Of a stretch of DNA of 64,000 bases, positions 18,631 to 26,500 are shown piece after piece. The position numbers and the translations under genes were made by a program. The first letter of the stretch is position 1, and the number at the start of each line of letters is the position of its first letter. The notes under the pieces are model-generated. The model was not told where the DNA came from and searched no databases. It saw only the letters and a program-made list of their open reading frames with translations. Source of the stretch: Candidatus Omnitrophota bacterium (GTDB taxonomy: Bacteria; Omnitrophota; Gorgyraeia; Zapsychrales; Zapsychraceae); contig JAJDCA010000053.1 of assembly GCA_029261055.1 (NCBI GenBank), positions 24,177 to 88,176 of the forward strand, in the 5' to 3' direction.

Positions 18631-19058
18631 TCTTTATTCTCCGAAGTTACTGAAAATGGCAGAAGATACGTCACCAAAGACAGCTGATTTTCCTTCTTCC
18701 CTGCTTGCCAAGCGATGTCTAAGCTAATTTCTTTTAACTTCAGATCACCTTCTTCCCCTTCCAATGTATTTTCTTGAAGAGTATATTTAAATTTCTCTTT
18801 TCGATCATTTTTAATCACATCATCAAATGATTGATCAAACAATCCTTTACGGATAATTTGATTCATCTTATCTTCAACTTTAAACATAACGACAGAATAA
18901 TCAGCTGTCTGTATTATCGCTCGCAAACTCATTACCAAGGCTTGAATGATTAATGTCAGGCTTACAGAAACAATCATCACTACAAGGAGCGATTCGATTA
19001 ATAATGAACCATTCGTCATTCGTGACGAGTGACGATTAAAATTCATAAACATACACAT
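18627..19058 (-). CDS. gspI: T2SS minor pseudopilin GspI-like.
   Basis: It has a prepilin-like N-terminus NGSLLIESLLVVMIVSVSL. It is small (143 aa) and positioned between gspH and gspJ. Confidence 0.5.
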   Translation of the reverse strand: MCMFMNFNRHSSRMTNGSLLIESLLVVMIVSVSLTLIIQALVMSLRAIIQTADYSVVMFKVEDKMNQIIRKGLFDQSFDDVIKNDRKEKFKYTLQENTLEGEEGDLKLKEISLDIAWQAGKKENQLSLVTYLLPFSVTSENKE

Positions 19059-19578
19059 ACCCGTTTAATTCTTTTGTGGAAATCATTAAACAATATTCAT
19101 CTAAACAAGTTTTAACATCAATTTTTCCCATTTTTCCATCAGCCGTAAAGTTAACAGATTCTTCATCTGCTTCCAATCTAACTTTTGCAGGCACATATGC
19201 AACCCGCCCAAGACGCCCGGACAACTGCTGCCATTTTTTTTCTGAGGTTGGATCTTTATATTCTAGCCAATACGCTTTATCTTCGAGATTGATAACAAGA
19301 CGATATTCCTGATTCTTGAGAATGGCACGACTTTGTGCATAACGCATGAGCTGCCCTAAATGATCTGCTGTTTGATTGAGTTGGCGCTTCCAATAGGAAC
19401 GGTTTAAGTTGGGAAACGATAATCCTGCGATAACACCTAAAATAGATATAACGAGAATAATTTCAAGGAGGGTAAAACCGTATGTACTGTCACGCTCCAG
19501 CTTCGCTAATTTTTGCTGAGGCGGGCGTGCCGCGCTTCTATTGCTCATCAAACCCATCATCCCAATTGACAATATCAT
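19036..19578 (-). CDS. gspH: T2SS minor pseudopilin GspH.
   Basis: It has a prepilin motif YGFTLLEIILVISILGVIAGL. Confidence 0.55.
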   Translation of the reverse strand: MILSIGMMGLMSNRSAARPPQQKLAKLERDSTYGFTLLEIILVISILGVIAGLSFPNLNRSYWKRQLNQTADHLGQLMRYAQSRAILKNQEYRLVINLEDKAYWLEYKDPTSEKKWQQLSGRLGRVAYVPAKVRLEADEESVNFTADGKMGKIDVKTCLDEYCLMISTKELNGYVYVYEF

Positions 19579-19981
19579 CTTCGCTTTCTACACCATCGGG
19601 ACCGTAAGAATACAAATCATATTCGTTAGTATTATGCCCTCCCGGAGCCACATACACATAATTTTTTTTCCAAGGATCTGTGGGAAGTTTTTTCTTTTTT
19701 AAGTACGGCCCGTTCCATTGCATAGGCTCCGGGGCTGAGTTCGGTTTTTCAAGCAACGCTCTTAAACCCTGCTCCGTCGTAGGATAATCACCATTATCCA
19801 ATTCATACATATCCAAAGCCGTAGAAATATTCGACTCAATGTCCACCCTGGCCGCATCTTTCTTAGCCTGTTTGCCTCGCCCGGATAACTTGGGAGCCAC
19901 CATAGCCGCCAGCATCACAATAATGCCGATCACTAATAAAATTTCGATAATAGTAAACCCTTCATTATTTCTTTTTTTCAT
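19538..19981 (-). CDS. gspG: T2SS major pseudopilin GspG.
   Basis: EGFTIIEILLVIGIIVMLAAMVAPKL, ...ALDMYELDNGDYPTTEQGLRALL..., ...DPWKKNYVYV... and ...GPDGVESEDDIVNW are hallmark GspG blocks. Confidence 0.85.
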   Translation of the reverse strand: MKKRNNEGFTIIEILLVIGIIVMLAAMVAPKLSGRGKQAKKDAARVDIESNISTALDMYELDNGDYPTTEQGLRALLEKPNSAPEPMQWNGPYLKKKKLPTDPWKKNYVYVAPGGHNTNEYDLYSYGPDGVESEDDIVNWDDGFDEQ

Positions 19982-20030
19982 CTTTGTCCCTTTCTTAAAC
20001 TCATTACTCGCTTAAATTACGGTAAACATT

Positions 20031-20363
20031 CAATCAAGCCGTCTACTGGGAGGTTATGTTAAAACCTTTCGGCTCAAAGGACGCAATATTTTTGTCGCGT
20101 CCAATTCGCCTACAGGCTTCAACATAACCTCTTGTTAAGACGACTTGATTGAATGTTTACCTATTAAGAAAATCGTAATCGCGCAGAGTAAAGATTGACA
20201 TATGCGGCGAACCATTCGACAAGCTTAAAATGGTGGTGAGCTTGTCGAACCATTGGAGATCGACCAGAAGGAGATCTCCTCTGAGCCGAATATGTTAATC
20301 TTTACTTAGGAGATTGCAAATAACATATCAGCAATCTCTTAAAAGCGATTTCGCGTCTCTAAC
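20031..20363. repeat. Structured dispersed repeat of about 330 bp, copy M2, inverted relative to M1.
   Basis: The reverse complement aligns with 8748-9080, sharing for example ...ccaatggttcgacaagctcacc...agcttgt(c/t)gaatggttcgcc... and ...cctgtaggcgaattggacgcgacaaaaata.... It has its own stem of about 45 bp, ggtaaacattcaatcaagccgtc ... gacgacttgattgaatgtttacc. Confidence 0.75.
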
Positions 20364-20368
20364 TTAAA

Positions 20369-21595
20369 TTATATCGCTAAATTCATATTAATAATAGGCA
20401 ACAATAAAGCGATAACCATAAAAAGAACAATACAGGCTATCACAAAAATTAAAGCCGGCTCTACCAAAGACATCATCACCTTAATCCATGCCGAAGAACG
20501 ACGCTCGTGAAGATCGGCGAGCTTAAAAAGCCCCTTTTCTAACTCACCTGTCTCCTCTCCGATAGCAATAATACTCACAGTTGATTCAGGAATAACTGAA
20601 CATTTCCCCATTGCCTTCGTCAAACTTGTTCCCTTTTTCACTTCTAAAGCAACAAAAGAAATTTCCTTTTTTAAAACAGCATTCGTCAAAACATCACGCA
20701 CGGCATCTAAAGCGGTCACAATAACGACCCCGCTATCTAACAATGTCCCTAAACTCCTGGCAAAGCGCCCTATCTCAACATCCCGAATGAAATCCCCTAA
20801 AACAGGAACACTTAACGTAAACGCATCCAACCACAATTTTCCCTTAACCGTATTTTTAAGCGTATTAATGTAAACGACCACCGCACCTATCCCTGCCAAC
20901 ATTAACCACCAAAAATGAATAAACATATCACTTATGCCAATAAGAATTTTTGTTGGCAAAGGAAGGCCTTGATCCATATCTTCAAACATCACAGTTAATT
21001 GAGGAATAGCAAAAATCATCAAAGCGGTAATAACAACAGCCCCCACAATTAAAATAAATACCGGATAGACAAGACTTGATGTCACCTTGGAACGGATTTC
21101 TTGATCCTTCTCAGCAAATTCAGCTAAACGTTTCAAAACAATAGCAAGATTTCCGCCAATTTCTCCGGATTTGACCATATTGATATACATCGGAGAAAAA
21201 ATATTTTTGTGACGGGCTAAAGCGCTAGAAAATGTCCCCCCATCCTCAACAACATTGTACATGTCAGAAATAATACTTTTTAGCTGTACACTCTTGGTTT
21301 GATTAAGAATAATCCGTAGGCCTCTCAAAAGAGGAACATTCGCATCAACTAAATCATACATCTGCCGTGTAAAAAAAGCTATTTGAGCAAGAGAAATACG
21401 CTTAAATAAATTAATTGAAGCCATCGAGGTACGCGACTGCGTTTTAGCCTGCACTTCGGATGCCGGAGAAACGGCCAGAGGCGTATACCCAAGCTTTGCA
21501 ATTTTAGCAACGGCACTATTGATATCATCAGCTTCAATAACACCTTTAACAATTTGATCAGGACCTTGCTTGGCTTTGTAAATAAATTTTGGCAT
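20369..21595 (-). CDS. gspF: T2SS inner-membrane platform protein GspF (PilC family).
   Basis: The 408-aa ORF has two GspF/PilC repeats and three TM segments. Confidence 0.85.
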   Translation of the reverse strand: MPKFIYKAKQGPDQIVKGVIEADDINSAVAKIAKLGYTPLAVSPASEVQAKTQSRTSMASINLFKRISLAQIAFFTRQMYDLVDANVPLLRGLRIILNQTKSVQLKSIISDMYNVVEDGGTFSSALARHKNIFSPMYINMVKSGEIGGNLAIVLKRLAEFAEKDQEIRSKVTSSLVYPVFILIVGAVVITALMIFAIPQLTVMFEDMDQGLPLPTKILIGISDMFIHFWWLMLAGIGAVVVYINTLKNTVKGKLWLDAFTLSVPVLGDFIRDVEIGRFARSLGTLLDSGVVIVTALDAVRDVLTNAVLKKEISFVALEVKKGTSLTKAMGKCSVIPESTVSIIAIGEETGELEKGLFKLADLHERRSSAWIKVMMSLVEPALIFVIACIVLFMVIALLLPIINMNLAI

Positions 21596-21598
21596 TAA

Positions 21599-21698
21599 AT
21601 GAATAATTTAAAGGGCATGATGAATCATGCCCCTACAAACGACACTCCCCGTACGGGCATGATTTATCATGCCCCTAATCGATTCATCATGCCCTAAT
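21599..21698. repeat. REP-like palindromic element, copy R3.
   Basis: gggcatgatgaatcatgcccc - tacaaacgacactccccgtac - gggcatgatttatcatgcccc - taatc - gattcatcatgccc. Confidence 0.75.
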
Positions 21699-21701
21699 CG
21701 A

Positions 21702-23396
21702 TTATTCCTCCTGCGTCACACGCAACACTTCACTCGGGGTAGTCATACCTTGTTTAATTTTTTCCCATCCATCCTGACGCAAGGTCTTCATCCCCATTTC
21801 TACAGCGCGAGTACGAATTTGTGCAGCTGTAGCCCTCGACATAATCATTTCTTGAATATCATCACTCAGCGGTAAGAATTCATAAATCCCCTGTCGACCT
21901 TGATACCCTGTATGTTTGCAATTATCACATCCACGGCCTTTATAAACTTCCAATCCTTCAGCCTCTTCCGGAAGCAAATCAAACTCTCTAATGACTTCGG
22001 CAGATATCTTTTCAGCAACTTTACAATCCGGACAAACCAAACGCACAAGCCTCTGTGCCATAAAACACTGAACAGAACTGGCAATTAAATAAGCTTCTAC
22101 CCCCATATCTAAAAGACGTGTAACTCCACTCGCTGCGTCGTTGGTATGCAGGGTTGAAAAAACCAAATGTCCCGTCAAAGCAACCTGAACAGAAATTTCC
22201 GCTGTTTCTAAATCACGCACTTCCCCGACCATAATAATGTCAGGGTCATGACGCAATATAGATCGCAACCCATCTTTAAAACGAAACCCGATACGCGGAT
22301 TAATTTGCGTCTGTGTAATCCCACGCATTTGATATTCAATAGGATCTTCAATAGTGATAATCTTACGGTCAATTTTATTAATCCGGGAAAGACAAGAATA
22401 AAGGGTGGTTGTTTTTCCACTACCTGTAGGTCCCGTAACAAAAATAATTCCATGTGGACTTTTAATCATGTTATCGAGTAATTTAAGATTTGATTTAACA
22501 AGGCCAAGCTCTTCAAGGCTGTAAAGACGTGTCGCATTAAGAATCCTGATAACAACACTTTCCCCAAACGGCGTCGGTAAAAATGATACACGTAAATCCA
22601 AATCAATATCTTTGACCTTTACCTTAAATCGCCCATCTTGCGGCAAGCGTTTTTCAGCAATATTAATATTCGACAAAATTTTAATACGCGAATTAATGGC
22701 TTCTTTGAAATGCAAAATATTTGCAGGCACCTTGGCATCATACAGCGCCCCATCAATCCGATAACGGATCGACAATTCTTTTTCGTACGGCTCAATGTGA
22801 ATATCAGTTGCTCTGTCCTTGTAGGCCTCCAAAAGAATTTGATTCAAAAGTTTCCCCACTGAGGCTTCGGACCCAATATCATCAATATCTTCTACTCCGA
22901 GTTCAGAAGATTCAGAAGATTCAACAGACCCCATAATCTGATCGATCGTCTCAGCACCAACCCCGTAATATTTCCGTAAAGCTTCTAAAATATCTTTTTC
23001 GCTGGCTAAAACTGTCTTAAGTTTGCTTTTAACAACTAAACTAATGCCATCGATAATATGGATATCTAAAGGATTCGTCAGGGCAATGGTCAAGACATCT
23101 TCTTGAAAATCCAAAGGAAGGACCTTGTAATAATAAGCATATTTGGCAGGAATTTGTGCTAAGGCGTCAGGCTTAACTTCAGTTTTCTTTAGATCAATAT
23201 ATTCAATGCCAAGATGCTCGGCAAGAATCGGGTAATACATGGTTTCTTCTTCGACATACCCGAGTTTTAATAAAGATTCTCCAAGGAGATCTCCGCTTTC
23301 TTCTTGTTCCTTGAGTGCCTTGTTAAGCTGCTCTTGAGTGATCACCTTGTGCTTAATAAGCACCTCACCCAGTTTCATTTTATCGCCATCTAACAT
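21702..23396 (-). CDS. gspE: T2SS ATPase GspE (PilB/GspE family).
   Basis: It has an N-terminal GSPII_E_N-type domain, a Walker A GPTGSGKTTTLY motif, Asp/His boxes and a C-terminal tetracysteine CPDC...CDNC. Confidence 0.9.
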   Translation of the reverse strand: MLDGDKMKLGEVLIKHKVITQEQLNKALKEQEESGDLLGESLLKLGYVEEETMYYPILAEHLGIEYIDLKKTEVKPDALAQIPAKYAYYYKVLPLDFQEDVLTIALTNPLDIHIIDGISLVVKSKLKTVLASEKDILEALRKYYGVGAETIDQIMGSVESSESSELGVEDIDDIGSEASVGKLLNQILLEAYKDRATDIHIEPYEKELSIRYRIDGALYDAKVPANILHFKEAINSRIKILSNINIAEKRLPQDGRFKVKVKDIDLDLRVSFLPTPFGESVVIRILNATRLYSLEELGLVKSNLKLLDNMIKSPHGIIFVTGPTGSGKTTTLYSCLSRINKIDRKIITIEDPIEYQMRGITQTQINPRIGFRFKDGLRSILRHDPDIIMVGEVRDLETAEISVQVALTGHLVFSTLHTNDAASGVTRLLDMGVEAYLIASSVQCFMAQRLVRLVCPDCKVAEKISAEVIREFDLLPEEAEGLEVYKGRGCDNCKHTGYQGRQGIYEFLPLSDDIQEMIMSRATAAQIRTRAVEMGMKTLRQDGWEKIKQGMTTPSEVLRVTQEE

Positions 23397-23460
23397 GCGA
23401 TAAGCTTAACATTTTTTGAGGGGAGCTTCAATACGAATTTGGCTTTTGGAGCTATTATTT

Positions 23461-23560
23461 TTTAAAGAAGCAAGAAACAAAGAGGCAAGAGGCAAAGATT
23501 TAGAACATCTCTGCTTCTTGCCTCTTTACCTCTTTACCTCTCTACTTCTTCATACCCAAA
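23461..23560. repeat. Purine-arm/pyrimidine-arm element, copy E3.
   Basis: agaagcaagaaacaaagaggcaagaggcaaagatttagaacatctctgcttcttgcctctttacctctttacctctctacttctt. Confidence 0.7.
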
Positions 23561-23563
23561 CCT

Positions 23564-26500
23564 TTATGGCGCAGACTGAATGACCACCTTATCCACATAA
23601 AGATTCCTGTCACCGCTTGAACCGTAATAATCATTTGTGAACGCAATGGCTACTTTATGCATACCTGCAGAAACATTACTGACACTCACGTACGGCCCAT
23701 ACGAAGTTGAATTTACTGTAAAATTATCCACAGCTACTTGATCTACTCTCACCTCCATTTTAGACCACTCCCCTAACACCTTTTTACCTCGTGCTCTTAT
23801 TTCAAAACTGTAACTGCCACTCGTTGGAAAATCGACCGTCTCCTCAATATATCCATTACTCCAAATATTCCAACTCCCATCACTCTTTCTTCCCCCTGTT
23901 GTTTTAGTTTCCATATTCTCTGCTTCAATTTGTATCGTAAATGGCTCCGGATCTGGTATAGGATTAGGCGGTGTTACATCTCCTCCGCTTCCACTCATTA
24001 ATGTAATATTTATTTTATCTACATAAAGATTCCTGTCGCCACTTGTACCGTAGTAATCATTTGTGAACGCAATGGCTATATTGTGTAAACCTGCAGGAAC
24101 ATCCTTAACGCTCACATATTGCCCAAATGAAGTTGAATTAACTGTAAAGTTATCCACGACAACTTGATCTACCTTCAACTCCATTTTTGACCATTCATTT
24201 AAAATGTTTTTTCCTCGTGCTCTTATTTCAAAAGTATACCTACCATCCGTTGGAAAATCGACGGCTTCTTCGATATATCCATTACTCCAGATATTCCAAC
24301 TCCCATCACTCTTTCTTCCTCCTGTTGTCTTAGTTCCCATATTCTCAGCCTCAATTTGTATCACAAATGGTGCTGGATCTGGTGTAGGCTCCGGCGTGGG
24401 ATCTGGTGCAGGATCAGGTGCAAGATCAGGCGTTACATCTCCTCCACTTACACTCATTAATGTAATATTTACTTTATCCACATAAAGATTCCTGTCACCA
24501 CTTGAACCGTAGTAATCATTCGTGAACGCAATGGCTATATTATGTAAACCTGCCGGAACATTCTTAACGCTCACATATTGCCCAAATGAAGTTGAATTAA
24601 CTAGAAAATTACCCACAACAACTTGATCTACCCTCAACTCCATTTTTGACCATTCATTTAAAATATTTTTTCCTCGTGCTCTTATTTCGAAACTGTAACT
24701 TCCATCTATTGGAAAATCGACAGCTTCTTCGATATATCCATTACTCCAGATATTCCAACTCCCATCACTCTTTTTTCCTCCTGTTGTCTTAGTTCCCATA
24801 TTCTCGGCTTCAATTTGTATCGCAAATGGTGTGAAATCAGCCATGGTCGTCACAGACGTAGACACAGATTGCCCGGATTCATTACTCATCAAATCTAAAG
24901 CTGCAACTCTATAAGAGTATGCCATTCCAGCTGTTAAACCTGTATCCGTGTGGCTAACACTTAATACATTCGTTATTAAAACGCCATCCCGATATATATT
25001 ATATCCTGTCACACCTACATTATCTGTTGATGCACTCCAGTTAAGATCTACCTGTGAAGAAGAAATCGCTATTGCACTGAGGTTCATCGGCATTGATGGG
25101 GCCTCAGTGTCAATATTAGGTACTGGAATTGGTGCTGGCAAAATATCCAGATTCAATTTTGTTACAATTACTGTATACATTCGAGGGGATTGATTCCCTC
25201 CCAAAATAATCTTTCCAGCAGAAAAATTCTTTGCTAATACACTCATTGATCGAATTGATGTTGCAAGATCATCTCCGGTATCTACAAATCCTGACAACCA
25301 TGCAGGCTTATCCGTTTGCCTATTGTCATAAGTTATGTATACCGTAACGTCCTGATCAACATCAAAACTCAAAAAGGTAGCACTACTGGAAGATTTGTCA
25401 TTATTGGATGTTTTAATATAGGTTGCCCCTTGAAGCTGAGAAGGAACACTACTATACATATACGTACGGTCAATATACGCCAAAACACCATTGTTCAAAC
25501 TATCATAGATCACCTGATAGGTCTCTCCACTTTCAACAGATAGATTGCTAATAACTAATGGCATTACATATCTGTATGTAATTTGTGTACCTACAGGAAT
25601 CGCGTTGGCTGAATTAGACAAGTCCCGCACATTAGAAATGCTGAGAGTGTAGGAAACACCTTCACTATGTGGTGATGTAACCAAGGTAACTGTTTTTTGA
25701 TCAACCCCTAAATAAGCATCCACAACAGAAATGCTGTTATTGATTTTATAATTAGATAATGTAGTAGCACTTATTAATTCTACCTGTTCGCTGTAAGTGA
25801 TATCTACTGTATTTCCATTGCTCCCGGCTATTACAGACATAATTCCCGGAGGAAGAATATCTGTCAAAGTACTTACTGTTGCCGAAAAACTTTTCGATGA
25901 TTCCAACCCTGTACTATTAACAGCTGACACTTCATATGTGTGAGAAGCGCCTGATGTTAATCCTGTGTTGGAAAATTGAAGAGATGATGTTTGGTTAATT
26001 TTGACACCGTCTCGATAAATATTATATGTGCTTACACTAGATTCCAAATCAATAGCTGCTGACCAATTGAGATCAATTTGAGATTCACTAACAGCAATTC
26101 CACTAAGATTTTGAGGTGTTGAAGGTGGCGTTGTATCTGGCGTTGAAGGCCCGCCTTCAAGTTCCTTCATAATTTTAAAAAATTCACCACTATGCAAAAT
26201 GGTCTCATAACCATAAAATCCTAACGAAGATGATCCTCTTGATCGAACAACCTTCCAATCATCATAAGCTGCTTCAGCAATGGCACGCCATTTTGGAGCC
26301 GTATCATACCATTGTGAATTTGTTCCTTCCCCATTGTCGTAAAGCTTCCATAAATAGGCTAAAGCATACATCAGATGTGTGCTTCCTCCATCCGTGTTAC
26401 GTGAAGCTTCGGAATAAACAAAATAGGGATGTGATTTTAAATTTTCTTCCCAACCAAATTTCACAACAAAGTTCATGGTTTGCAATAACATCTCTTTTAT

